Origin: a virus
Length of the DNA stretch: 64,000 nucleotides
Direction: 5' to 3' (one strand)
IMG/VR virus record: IMGVR_UViG_3300025013_000002
Location: 18,562-82,561 of that record
Shown here piece after piece: positions 10,949 through 20,583 of this stretch. Below the pieces are notes generated by a model that searched no databases, was not told where the DNA came from, and was given only the letters and a program-made list of their open reading frames with translations. The position numbers and the translations under genes are program-made. Position 1 is the first letter of the stretch. Each line of letters starts with the position of its first letter.

Positions 10949-11724
10949 CCAGTCGCAGGCGGGACATCAATAGTGTCCTCTGCGAGCTTTTTGAGACCAG
11001 TCATAATCGAATCTCCGGTCGTGTGCCTAATCAGAGGCTCGTCGTAGACGTCTTCGTCTGGCCGGGAACCGAATTTATCTCTGTCGAACCAACCAAGATC
11101 GTCCTTGACAGGCTCGTCGTAGGCGTCTTCGAGCCACTTCTTGGTCAAGGGAAAAACCACTTCCTTCTCGATGTCTTCCACGAGATTTTTAGGCTTGAAA
11201 TGCTCCCGGATGTAGGCAGGGCAGAGGCTCTCCGGAATCTCAGCCTTGTCCTCCACAGGTTTCAAGCGGTTGGTTGCACCGAGGTCCAGTTTTTCCTCAG
11301 AATCTTGCGTAGTAAGTATCGGGGGAGTAGACTTACTATGCTGGTTAAAGTCGGAGCAGTAGACGATATGAGCGTCGCATCCTCCATACTCCCCAAAGAA
11401 CGGGGGATTTTTGAGGGGAGGAAGTAGCCCTCCAGTCGCTGGAACATGACTGGTCGATTTGTCTAGCATCTCCTTCATGCAAGCCAAAAAAGCATCTGAC
11501 TTCTCCACAGCCTCCAAGTTGCTGATCTCCCTCTGCAAATACCACAAAGCCTTGCGAAGATCCTCCAGCGTTTTCCCTGAATCCTTCTTCCCCGCTCTCG
11601 AAATGTACTTCACGACGTTGCCGAGGCAGAAGCCAAGGTTCCAATTTTCAATAACTTTAATCGCTTCGTAGGTGTTGTCCTCGCCACCGTAGTGGCTCGG
11701 GTGGTTCACTTGCTCTTGGCTCAT
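10933..11724 (-). CDS. DUF3310-domain protein
   Basis: VNHPSHY...EAIKVIE...GFCLGNVVKYISRAGKK...EDLRKALWYL; start reassigned to ATG 11724. Confidence 0.85.
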   Translation of the reverse strand: MSQEQVNHPSHYGGEDNTYEAIKVIENWNLGFCLGNVVKYISRAGKKDSGKTLEDLRKALWYLQREISNLEAVEKSDAFLACMKEMLDKSTSHVPATGGLLPPLKNPPFFGEYGGCDAHIVYCSDFNQHSKSTPPILTTQDSEEKLDLGATNRLKPVEDKAEIPESLCPAYIREHFKPKNLVEDIEKEVVFPLTKKWLEDAYDEPVKDDLGWFDRDKFGSRPDEDVYDEPLIRHTTGDSIMTGLKKLAEDTIDVPPATGWVRI

Positions 11725-11966
11725 TAGTCCTCCACAAATTCGATTTCGTCTTCCGCTACATTGTCCCCGTACAGCTTGAGGCTCAAGACATTGCGAAGCT
11801 CGTAGGGGTACTTCACGGCATCCCAGCCCTCGACTACCTCGCAAACCGTCCCTTCCGGAATTCCGTGATCTTCCGAGCCCTTCACCACAACTACCCGATC
11901 TCCTACTTTAAATTTCATCCTGCCTCCAATTCACTTCTTGATTTTTAATTCACATCTGAATTCAAC

Positions 11967-13316
11967 TTAGCACGAGCCATGTGGCGTGTCAAGAGAAAAA
12001 TCAGGGTTGCCAATAATTTTGTATCCAAGTCCTCGGTACCACCTCAGCCGATTGCCTGCGAACCTCCAGGCCAAATTGCCTCGGTCGTAGAGGTCGTAGA
12101 CGATTGGCGTTGGTTTGCCTTCTAGCGCCCTGACGATTCTGCCTACGAGTTGCGTGACGGTCGCTTCGTTGTTTGTAGGTTTCGAGAGGATCAGGACGTC
12201 CAACGAAGGAATGTCTGTGCCTTTGTCCAGCTTCTTGTCAGCAAAAACCGCCTGCACATTTCCCGAGGCAACCTCGTCCTTCAACGCCTGGTCCTGCTTC
12301 AGAGTGGTCGAGCCTACGTAAAGAGTAGCCGAGCAAAATTCACTCACCTTCGCATGAAGGTAGGTCAGCGACTCAATCCGGGCGCCCACGAAGAGCACTC
12401 GCCTTCCCCGCAGGACCTCCTTTTTTATTAGCTCGATGATAAACTCGTTCCGCTTATCGTTCTGCGAAAGCTCGGTCAGGATCTTCGAGAAGTCGTCCGG
12501 GTTGTTCGAGCACCAGGCAACGTCCGTGGGTAAAAAATGGATCTCCGGGATCATCGTGTTGGAGTCCTTCATCTCCACTGAAATGTCCGCGATCAAGTCA
12601 GTCAAAACTTCGTTCGAAAATCCCTTCTTCATCAGCGTAGCTGTGGTCCCAATCCGGTACTTGTTGTTGAGGGACATCAGGACTTTTTTGTAGGTGGTCG
12701 CCGCTGAAATCTGCATCTCGTCGCAGACGCAGCAGCCGAAGAGGTCCTTCATCTTTTTCAGGATCTCGGGGTTTCGATTCAAAAATTGAAATGTAGAAAT
12801 TACAACATCCGCTTCGAGATCCTTCTCCGACTTCAGGATGGCTGCGTCCTTGTTCCAGACCATCTTGAAAGCCTCCTGCCATTGACCGGCGAGGTTGCCT
12901 TGGTCCACGAGGATCAGCGTCTTTTTCTGGAGGTGGCCTGCGACCCAGGTGTTGACACAACTTTTTCCTGCTCCGCATTGTGCCTTGAGCACTCCGTAGA
13001 AATTTCTTTGGATGAACCTCAGGAACTCCCCGGAGGGGGAGGCTTGATGTTCTCGCAGCGTGAAGCCCGCATTCAAAACAAAAGGCTCCTTCAGCCCAGC
13101 CCCTTTACTTCTCTCATCAACCAGTTCCTGCCCAGTCAACACCGAGACCATCTTCAGCTTGGTTGAATTCAGAGGCAGGAAAGCAACTCCGTCCCGATAA
13201 ATATAATTTTGGATCACCTCCCCGTTTCGATTTTCGTGGCTGTACATCTTCAGGACTTCTAATTTTGTTGAGTCCTGAAGTTCAACTCGGGCCAAATTTC
13301 TTATCAGGATGGGCAT
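11967..13316 (-). CDS. SF2 DNA helicase (T5 D10-like)
   Basis: LREHQ; AQCGAGKS; CDEMQ; GTTAT; KGTDIPSLD; QLVGRIVR. Start at ATG 13316. Confidence 0.88.
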   Translation of the reverse strand: MPILIRNLARVELQDSTKLEVLKMYSHENRNGEVIQNYIYRDGVAFLPLNSTKLKMVSVLTGQELVDERSKGAGLKEPFVLNAGFTLREHQASPSGEFLRFIQRNFYGVLKAQCGAGKSCVNTWVAGHLQKKTLILVDQGNLAGQWQEAFKMVWNKDAAILKSEKDLEADVVISTFQFLNRNPEILKKMKDLFGCCVCDEMQISAATTYKKVLMSLNNKYRIGTTATLMKKGFSNEVLTDLIADISVEMKDSNTMIPEIHFLPTDVAWCSNNPDDFSKILTELSQNDKRNEFIIELIKKEVLRGRRVLFVGARIESLTYLHAKVSEFCSATLYVGSTTLKQDQALKDEVASGNVQAVFADKKLDKGTDIPSLDVLILSKPTNNEATVTQLVGRIVRALEGKPTPIVYDLYDRGNLAWRFAGNRLRWYRGLGYKIIGNPDFSLDTPHGSC

Positions 13317-13769
13317 CAGTAGGTGGTCACCTTGGTGAGGGAACTTACTACCAAGGAATCTAACTCTGAACAGGCAAATCCCCTGCCCCACACCTCAATT
13401 TTCACTTGCAGCCCAAGCTCCTTGGCCTTCTCCAGCTTCTGGTTCAACACGAAAATGGCATCTCGGATTTCTTCAGCGAGCTTTTCTTCTTCGTTCATTT
13501 TCCCAACTCCTCCCTTTCCTTGTAAGCAGCGACCGAGACTTCCAGTGGCACCACCGGGGTGAGCATCTGTGGCGAAAATGGGTAGCCGAAAGTAAGCTGC
13601 CCGACCCAGATCTTCCGGTGCTTCATGAGGTCCGCGAGATCAGTGTCGTCCAGTTCCCAGCAGGTCCAGACTAACCCCGTTGTGTCCTTGCAAATCAGCG
13701 CAGGAAGATCCAGGTACTCGGGCTGATCCTTGCCTAAAATTACGTTCTGCCCTTTAAAACTCGTGGGTT

Positions 13770-13952
13770 TCACTCCTCAAACTCCTTCGCGATAAAGCTC
13801 GCTCTGTAATGTAACTCCAAAAAATTGTTGTCTTCCGGGTGGTTGAGTACGTGGTCCATCAGCCTGTTTAAAATCTGGCTGAAGATTGGGCCTGGCTTCA
13901 GGCCCATCTCAATGAGGTCCGATTCCTTCAAGGCTAAGTCAGCGAAGTTCAT
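13770..13952 (-). CDS. Stand-alone protein resembling the C-terminal tail domain of CCA-adding enzymes
   Basis: LALKESDLIEMGLKPGPIFSQILNRLMDHVLNHPEDN matches the typical L.I.G.DL..LG.KPGP..G.IL..L...VL..PE.N pattern. Confidence 0.6.
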   Translation of the reverse strand: MNFADLALKESDLIEMGLKPGPIFSQILNRLMDHVLNHPEDNNFLELHYRASFIAKEFEE

Positions 13953-14123
13953 TTCCTCTCCTATCCCAAATACCTGTTAGGTGCAGCACCTCTACCCAAA
14001 TTCATCTGCCATTTCAGGTGGCCTCTGGCCCACCAGTCCTTCAACTCTTGGAGGGTAAAATTTCCGGCGAAGCACCCAACGCCCTTCTCCCTCAACCACT
14101 TGACTCGCTTGCCTCTCATTTTT

Positions 14124-14528
14124 CTACCTCATGCTCTGCACCAAGTTGTGGCTGCAGTAGCCGTTTTTGGCTACGCTGATCGCCTCGCCTGTTGAAATAA
14201 AATACCCGCCCAAATCCCAGTCCTTAACCAGGTCTCGCAAATAACCGTAACTGATTCCTAAAATGTAGGCAGCGTCTTTCCGCGTGTAGCCTTCCGACGC
14301 CACTTGAATAACGTCCTCTTTCGAGACGCAGCGGGAGCTGGCTCTGGTGTGAGGGTACAAGTGGGTCATGCCATTTTTACGAATCACCTCCCCGAAATTC
14401 CTTAAGCTAAGCCCCAACCTCTTAGCAGCAGCACGCTGGTTCAATCCAGCGACTCCAACGCAGTCGGCGTAGGTGATGCCACATTGAGGGAAGAGGATTT
14501 TGTTGGTGTTGGTCAAAATTTCCTCCAT
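14124..14528 (-). CDS. Tandem helix-turn-helix protein
   Basis: GLNQRAAAKRLGLS and GYTRKDAAYILGIS HTH-like repeats. Confidence 0.6.
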   Translation of the reverse strand: MEEILTNTNKILFPQCGITYADCVGVAGLNQRAAAKRLGLSLRNFGEVIRKNGMTHLYPHTRASSRCVSKEDVIQVASEGYTRKDAAYILGISYGYLRDLVKDWDLGGYFISTGEAISVAKNGYCSHNLVQSMR

Positions 14529-14833
14529 TTCTATTCAGATGTGAATTTGTTAGGGCAAAAGGATTTCCATGTCGTCATCAGGGTGCAGAGGAGTCACCTT
14601 CAAGGCTCCTCTTCCTCCCAAGGTGTCGAGCAAATCCTCGCACCAGAGCCAACTCCTACGACGGCTTCTATACTCCTTCTCGTACCACGCCACCTCCCTC
14701 TCCAACCCTTGGTACGGGTTTTGAATTTTATCGTAGGGAAGTGGAGGGCGCTGAGCGTGAACATCAGCGACTGCTCTTTCCGCCACCTGTTTTCTTAGCA
14801 ACCTACCTGCTTTGCCCATTTTTTTTTACTCCT

Positions 14834-15139
14834 TTATTTATACCTCACGACGGGCTCTGCGGCGTCCTCTTGGCACTTCATTGGCTGACTGGGTTGATCA
14901 GGATAACCTCCTTTTTGGTTAACCTGAATCACGGTCACGTTGTCCTCGAACCCGTAGTTGCCGTTGTCAGAGGTACTCGTGACCGCCAGAAATTGTAAGC
15001 CGAATTTGCAGAACGGCCTCACAAAAATTGTGGCTTGTGTTCCTCCCTTTTCGGTAGGCACGCGTCGAACCTCGGTCCCTGCCTGGGCTGCTCCAGCGCC
15101 GAGACACCAAACTATAAAAGCTGCTGCGAAAATTCTCAT
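14834..15139 (-). CDS. Putative secreted or periplasmic protein
   Basis: N-terminal signal peptide ending AQA. Confidence 0.55.
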   Translation of the reverse strand: MRIFAAAFIVWCLGAGAAQAGTEVRRVPTEKGGTQATIFVRPFCKFGLQFLAVTSTSDNGNYGFEDNVTVIQVNQKGGYPDQPSQPMKCQEDAAEPVVRYK

Positions 15140-15150
15140 TTTTATTTCTC

Positions 15151-16242
15151 CTATTCCGCCGCCTTCACGTTCAATAAAGGCTTGATATGGTCAATCACCC
15201 TCACGGTGACTCCCTCCTGCTTTGCCAGCACGTAATTGATGTCCTTGTAGGCGGCGGGTGCCTCATCTAGGATCGAACGGTCGGTCGAGCAGATGATCCC
15301 GCGCATCCCGTCCTTGAACTCCTGATAATCCAGCGTCTTCTTCGCCTGATTCCTGCCCATGACCCTACCGCAGCCGTGAGACGCCGAGGAGAGATAATGA
15401 GTCTCGCCCAAGCCCTCCGTGATATAAACCCCGTCCCGCATGTTGGCGGGGATTACGCCGAGCTGCCCAAGGTCCGCTGGAGTCGCACCTTTGCGGTGCA
15501 GGACTCCTTCAGCAGTTACAACGGCGTGATTGTGGTTCTCGTTGATGAGGTTCTTCATCAGGAGCTTGGAGACCTGAGAAATCCCAAGCACACCCAGAAC
15601 CGCCTTCATCATCCTCAATCGGTTCTCCAGTGCCCACTCAAGAGCGAAATTCATGTCCTGAAGGTACGCCTGTCCAAGCTCAGATTCAAGCTGGAACATC
15701 CGGCCCTGCTTCATATACCAGCCGCCGATTGTGTGACCTACGTTTCTGGAGCCTGAGTGGATCGTGATGCAGAGACTACCGGCTTGGTTCTCGCCCAACT
15801 CGATGAAATGATTTCCACCACCTAGCGTTCCGAGTTGAGTGCCTACTTTAGCCTGGACCTTCTGGAGTGTATTTTTGTCCAGCGCTTCGGACTTGAATTT
15901 TCTTGAGTAACTTTTCTCCGAAGCATGTGAGGAGAACCCCGTAGGGATTACCTTCAGGATGTCGTTGTAGATGCCACGCAGCGTTGTGACCTCAGCAGCG
16001 ACCATCTGCGTGTCCAAGCAGCACATGCCACACCCGATGTCGTATCCGACGAAACTCGGAGATATCATCCCATCCAGGAGAGCTACCCCTCCAATCGGCA
16101 GGTCGTAACCTGCGTGGACATCAGGCATGATCGCCAGCTTCTTCAGGCAATCCAATTCCAGTACATCAAAAATCTGCTGCTGAGCGGACTGCTCAATTTC
16201 CTCCAGCGGAACCATCGAGAACAACTTGTCGAGCTTACTCAT
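15151..16242 (-). CDS. rtcB: RtcB-family RNA ligase
   Basis: MPDVHAG, DIGCG, GTLGGGNHFIE, HSGSR, NHNH, HRKGAT, SHGCGR, DEAPAAYK. Confidence 0.96.
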   Translation of the reverse strand: MSKLDKLFSMVPLEEIEQSAQQQIFDVLELDCLKKLAIMPDVHAGYDLPIGGVALLDGMISPSFVGYDIGCGMCCLDTQMVAAEVTTLRGIYNDILKVIPTGFSSHASEKSYSRKFKSEALDKNTLQKVQAKVGTQLGTLGGGNHFIELGENQAGSLCITIHSGSRNVGHTIGGWYMKQGRMFQLESELGQAYLQDMNFALEWALENRLRMMKAVLGVLGISQVSKLLMKNLINENHNHAVVTAEGVLHRKGATPADLGQLGVIPANMRDGVYITEGLGETHYLSSASHGCGRVMGRNQAKKTLDYQEFKDGMRGIICSTDRSILDEAPAAYKDINYVLAKQEGVTVRVIDHIKPLLNVKAAE

Positions 16243-16316
16243 CTCTCCCTCCTAAATTCACTTCCGAATTCCTACTCCAAAAGGAAGCGGCCTCCAAGAA
16301 ACCGCCTCCCTCCAAA

Positions 16317-16673
16317 TCAACCCTCAATAATATCCGAGATCTCCTTCAGCACTTTCTTCCCCTTCGCCGTCAGATAAACCGCGTTCGCCTTTCGGTCATC
16401 TACGTCGGGGCGCTGTGCAACCAACTCGTAACCAGCTTTCGTTTTATTCCCATTGTCGGATTCTACCAGGTAGACCGAAAGTTTTTTGACGTTTCGAGAA
16501 ACGGTACCTTGGGGCCACCCAAGTTTCTCCGCTATTTTCGGTTGCGTGATCCCATCCTGCTCAGCGATTGCCAGTAAAAGCATGACGTGCTGCAGGGGAA
16601 GTTCTGCGAATATTTTTTCCAGCACATGCTGCGCCTTCTTGAACTTCACGAGACCACTTGTTAATCCAGCCAT
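16317..16673 (-). CDS. MarR-like winged HTH regulator
   Basis: LLLAIAEQDGITQPKIAEKLGWPQGTVSRNVKKL...DDRKANAVYLTAKGK. Confidence 0.85.
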   Translation of the reverse strand: MAGLTSGLVKFKKAQHVLEKIFAELPLQHVMLLLAIAEQDGITQPKIAEKLGWPQGTVSRNVKKLSVYLVESDNGNKTKAGYELVAQRPDVDDRKANAVYLTAKGKKVLKEISDIIEG

Positions 16674-16765
16674 TTTGTTTTCCTCCTTGTTTTGGTTTTA
16701 TTTTCTAAGCCAGCAATTCAAATTAGAATTTACATTCGATTGTGAATTGCCTAACTCAAAAATTT

Positions 16766-17122
16766 TTAAGCTGAGGATTCCACGATGGACCTCAACTCCT
16801 TGAAAATCTGCCTTCCTCTAATCGACAGGACCACTTCTCGTTCACGGCGGTTCTCCAAGCTGATTCTCAAATTGATCAGCCCGTAGCCCATTTTCACCGT
16901 CCTCTTGGAATCTATAGCGACCAAATAAGATGGACCCAGCAGCCTCAACATATTTGTTAAGGTGGCTCTGCCCAGCTTAGAAAGGTCCTTCAAATCCGAG
17001 ATTGTGATTCCTTCTTGCTCAGCTACCAGCAAGAATAGGTTTATCAACGAGGACGAAATGCCTTTAAATCTCTCTCCGTACAACTCCTGGAATCGCTCAG
17101 CGTAAGCAGGGTCGAGAGGCAT
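16766..17122 (-). CDS. MarR-like winged HTH regulator (paralog of 16317-16673)
   Basis: LLVAEQEGITISDL...ENRREREVVLSIRGR. The listed TTG start at 17182 is part of a TTGACA -35 box, so ATG 17122 is preferred. Confidence 0.75.
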   Translation of the reverse strand: MPLDPAYAERFQELYGERFKGISSSLINLFLLVAEQEGITISDLKDLSKLGRATLTNMLRLLGPSYLVAIDSKRTVKMGYGLINLRISLENRREREVVLSIRGRQIFKELRSIVESSA

Positions 17123-17225
17123 GTCGTCTCCAGTTGGTATCCATTTGTGATTAAGAATACACATCTGATCCGAGAGTGTCAAGCGGTTTGACTCAGATTT
17201 TCAAAACAAGGAGGTTTGAATTGTT

Positions 17226-17984
17226 CTACTCGGCCACCTCGATGTCGTCGAAGCAACCAGGAAACCTCGCTTGCATCAACCTGAGAAGCGGCATTGAAAC
17301 CTCTCGCATTTGCGGATGTGCTGCTTTCGCCGTCCTGAGTTTGAAGAACAGGCGCCACTCTCGGAGATTTGCGGTCATTACGAGTTCTGTTTTTAGGCTG
17401 TTGGGGAGGACCGAACGGGCTTGCTCGGGACGCTCACCAAGGTGGCGTTGGCGCAAGTAGTTGTCCTCAGCCAGTTGCATTGAATAAAGCCAGCCGGTCA
17501 TCGGGTCGCCTAATTCTTCCAGCGTGGCTCTTGCTGCGTCGTCAGTCGCGATGCTTGCTTCGCCCGGCAGCAACTGAGGATACCAAGGCGGTATCATGAA
17601 CCCCAAGCTCTGAGGTAGCCACTCCGCATCACAAGCAGGGCAAGTAACCTCCGCGTACCTAGCCTCCATAGACCCACCACAAGCGCCACATACCACTCGT
17701 GCGGCGTAATCACAATAGCGAGTCGATTCCTGACTGAAGCTCGCGATCCGGTGTCGCACAAGCTCGTGCGAGACACCCCGGGCACACACAAACCTAACCG
17801 AAGCTGCAGCATGTTCTAAAACAGACTCGTGGCCGCGCTTCAGGATCATCGCTACGAACTTCTCTGCGGAGTCCTCGGTGATCTTGTCCTCTGACTTGTA
17901 GCAGGTCCTGCCTGCGAGTTCGATCAGCTTCAGGGCGTCCGGGGTGGAGGATATGATTTCTACTGAGGGTTTTATAAGTCTCAC
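17226..17984 (-). CDS. thyX: Flavin-dependent thymidylate synthase
   Basis: GHESVLEH; SHELVRHRIASFSQESTRY; EQARSVLPN; NLREWR; AHPQMRE. Confidence 0.96.
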   Translation of the reverse strand: MRLIKPSVEIISSTPDALKLIELAGRTCYKSEDKITEDSAEKFVAMILKRGHESVLEHAAASVRFVCARGVSHELVRHRIASFSQESTRYCDYAARVVCGACGGSMEARYAEVTCPACDAEWLPQSLGFMIPPWYPQLLPGEASIATDDAARATLEELGDPMTGWLYSMQLAEDNYLRQRHLGERPEQARSVLPNSLKTELVMTANLREWRLFFKLRTAKAAHPQMREVSMPLLRLMQARFPGCFDDIEVAE

Positions 17985-18304
17985 GCGGCCATCTCCTCTT
18001 CGATCCCCACAGGACTCACCGACCACTCGCGATCATCAGAGCCGATTTCGTAATTCAGGTCAATCCACTTTTTGAATCTTGCTGCCAAGACTTCTCCAAA
18101 GTGGTGCATCAGAATCCGCTGTCCGGTCAGGATCACCGAACTGTGGCTGAAGGATCGTCTGATTTCATCCAGCATCCCTGGGGCGTACATCTTTATCTCC
18201 CAGTGACAGTTTCCCGCAGCCAAAACTTCCTCGATCTCCACAGCGAACTTTTTGATGTCGATAAGCATTTACTTCCTCCTAGATTCAGATGTGAATTCAT
18301 TGAA

Positions 18305-18910
18305 TTAAAAATGTCGATATTCCCTAGCCAATTTTAAAACTTTCCTCACGTATTTCGGATTCCTCTTGCCTCTGCTGAAAGCCCCAGTGCCTAAATTATA
18401 AACCTGAAGCCCGTTCCGGACCCCATACTTCGTCACGTACTCCTTCAGGATTTCAGCAGAGCACCTGATGTTAACCTCGGGATCGTACTTTTCAGACTCC
18501 TTCGTAATTAAGGGGAACCGGTCGGCGTGGGCTTTGAAGTCCACCTGCCCAGAGCCCTTCGCACCGGTCCTACTTCTAGCGAAGGGGTAGCCCTCGGACT
18601 CAGCAGTGATGACCCCGACTAAAAGGCTCAGGTCCAGGCGTTGCTCTTTCGCCGCAGCAATGGTAGCTGCTGCCTGGTACTCAGCCAGCTCAGGCCAAAG
18701 CCGCTCGTTCTTCTCCATGTACCACAGCGTCAGCCGCTGGGTTGCTGCGTTGACTTCCTGCTTTTTACCTTCGACCAAAACTTGGGCTTTCTGATCCACC
18801 TTCTGGACTTCCAAGAGCGCCTTGGTTGCGACCGCAGTTGCCGCTGCTGTTAAAATCACCAGCACAACTCCGATCTGGGCCAGGTGAGCCACCCGGATTT
18901 TAAGCCTCAT
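18305..18910 (-). CDS. Lytic transglycosylase (SLT domain) with N-terminal membrane anchor
   Basis: VITAES catalytic Glu; ARSRTGAKGSGQV; YDPEVNI; YNLG; YVRKV. Confidence 0.85.
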   Translation of the reverse strand: MRLKIRVAHLAQIGVVLVILTAAATAVATKALLEVQKVDQKAQVLVEGKKQEVNAATQRLTLWYMEKNERLWPELAEYQAAATIAAAKEQRLDLSLLVGVITAESEGYPFARSRTGAKGSGQVDFKAHADRFPLITKESEKYDPEVNIRCSAEILKEYVTKYGVRNGLQVYNLGTGAFSRGKRNPKYVRKVLKLAREYRHF

Positions 18911-19055
18911 TTGCTGCTCCTTTTCTCAAAACGTACTCCTTGTCGATCAACTCTCTGAGGATCAGGGATTTGTTGGATTTCCCTGTTCCTAATCTGACGA
19001 GTTCCTCTAGTTTTTTAGTAGTGTCCTCGTCGAGTGCGATGCAGTGCTTGACCAT
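18900..19055 (-). CDS. Small ribbon-helix-helix (CopG-like) regulator, not in the ORF track
   Basis: Own translation MVKHCIALDEDTTKKLEELVRLGTGKSNKSLILRELIDKEY..., with an AGGAGG RBS upstream. Confidence 0.55.
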   Translation of the reverse strand: MVKHCIALDEDTTKKLEELVRLGTGKSNKSLILRELIDKEYVLRKGAANEA

Positions 19056-19898
19056 CACTTTTTAAATCACCTCCTTTTATTTGATATCCTGAGCGGTTCC
19101 TACAATTTTTACCCTCGATGTGTCGCCCCACCTAGCGATGGCAGATCCGCTTTGCTGAAGGCTCAGTTTAATTTGGTATGCCTCCCAACGCATCCCCAAC
19201 ATAAAAATAATCCCCATCAACGCGGACGATACCACCAACACAAACAAAATTTTCATTTCAATCCACCTCCTTTATTTAAATTCAGATCTGAGTATATACC
19301 ATCTCACCTACCAAGTCAAGATAAAAATTCACTTGTGAATTCCAACCGGAATAGCAAGGGCCTCATTAAGAGGCCCTTCAGGAAGCTTGGATATTTAATT
19401 GTGGCCCTACTTCAAACAAATGCTACTCACTCCAGGGGATCGTTAGGACAGGCGCCGTCTTCGTGATCGTCACACAAGGCAGCTTGCAGCGCGTCCCGGT
19501 GATCTTCCGTGAGCATTTCTGCTACGGCTTGGAGTTGGTTGAGGTGACGAGGGCAATTTTCGCAGTTAGGCAAGTGGGGCATTAAATCTCTCCTGTGTTC
19601 CATGGAATTTGTGGTTGAAAGACCACAACGTAAATTACTAAAAATAAATGAAAGGTCAATCGGTTTTGCTTTGTTTTTACCTATTCAGAAGCGTATTACT
19701 TTTCAGGTGAAAAGGCAAGGGAAAACTTGGGTTCGGAGCAACTTTTCTTAGCGCTAACTTAAAGATCTAATGATTACTTGGCCTTGCAACAAGACCAGAT
19801 TAGTGATGTTGAATCTGGATTGTATAGTTGACTAATTTACTAAACAACACTCAAATTAAAACCACATCTGAGCGATACAGTATACTCAAACCCACTAA

Positions 19899-20582
19899 TT
19901 AAACAGGACCAATCCTCACCAAGAGATTCTTGACGCCCTGCGAGGTCCAAACCTTTTTCTTCCTGGGAGTCTGGATTCCTGCTTCGGTCAATTGCTGAGC
20001 CAGCGCCGTTAAAGATGTGATGCCCTGACTCTGAAATTTGAGGATCTCGGGCTTCAACTTCTCGGCTCTGAGATCCGCCTTTGTTCGGTTTTTCAGGGAG
20101 CCTTGGATTCTGCCATCACTGAACTTCTCGGAATCTCTATTCAAGTGGCAGGCCTTGCCCAACTGAACTCCCTTCGCCTTAGCCGCTTTCAGGCCGTTCT
20201 TGGTCCTCTCCCTGATCCTCTCCAGCTCGTACTCAGCTACGCACCCGAGCACGTTCAGGACGAATCTGGAAGCGTTGGGGAAATCGCAGATGATGATCTC
20301 GACTCCGGAATCCAGGATCGCCCCGAGAAACGAGAGGCTTCTGGAGAGACGATCAAGTCTTGCTGTGATCAGCCTGCAGCCGGTCAACTCGCAGTAGTTC
20401 AGGGCCTCCTTCAAGACCGGTCTTGAAGGAGGCCCGCCGGATTCGACTTCTACAAATTCCTTGATGACTACGAGATTGTTCCTAGCAGCATATTCCGCCC
20501 GAATAGTCCTCTGCGCGTCAAGGCCATGCCTTTCCGACTGAGATTTAGTGCTCACCCTATCGTAGCTGACCACGCGCTCCAT
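19899..20582 (-). CDS. Serine recombinase (resolvase/invertase catalytic domain plus C-terminal DNA-binding domain)
   Basis: YDRVST, EVESG, RPVL, RLDRLSRS, AEYE..RIRERTK.GL..AKAKG..LG; ATG at 20582. Confidence 0.93.
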   Translation of the reverse strand: MERVVSYDRVSTKSQSERHGLDAQRTIRAEYAARNNLVVIKEFVEVESGGPPSRPVLKEALNYCELTGCRLITARLDRLSRSLSFLGAILDSGVEIIICDFPNASRFVLNVLGCVAEYELERIRERTKNGLKAAKAKGVQLGKACHLNRDSEKFSDGRIQGSLKNRTKADLRAEKLKPEILKFQSQGITSLTALAQQLTEAGIQTPRKKKVWTSQGVKNLLVRIGPV

Positions 20583-20583
20583 T

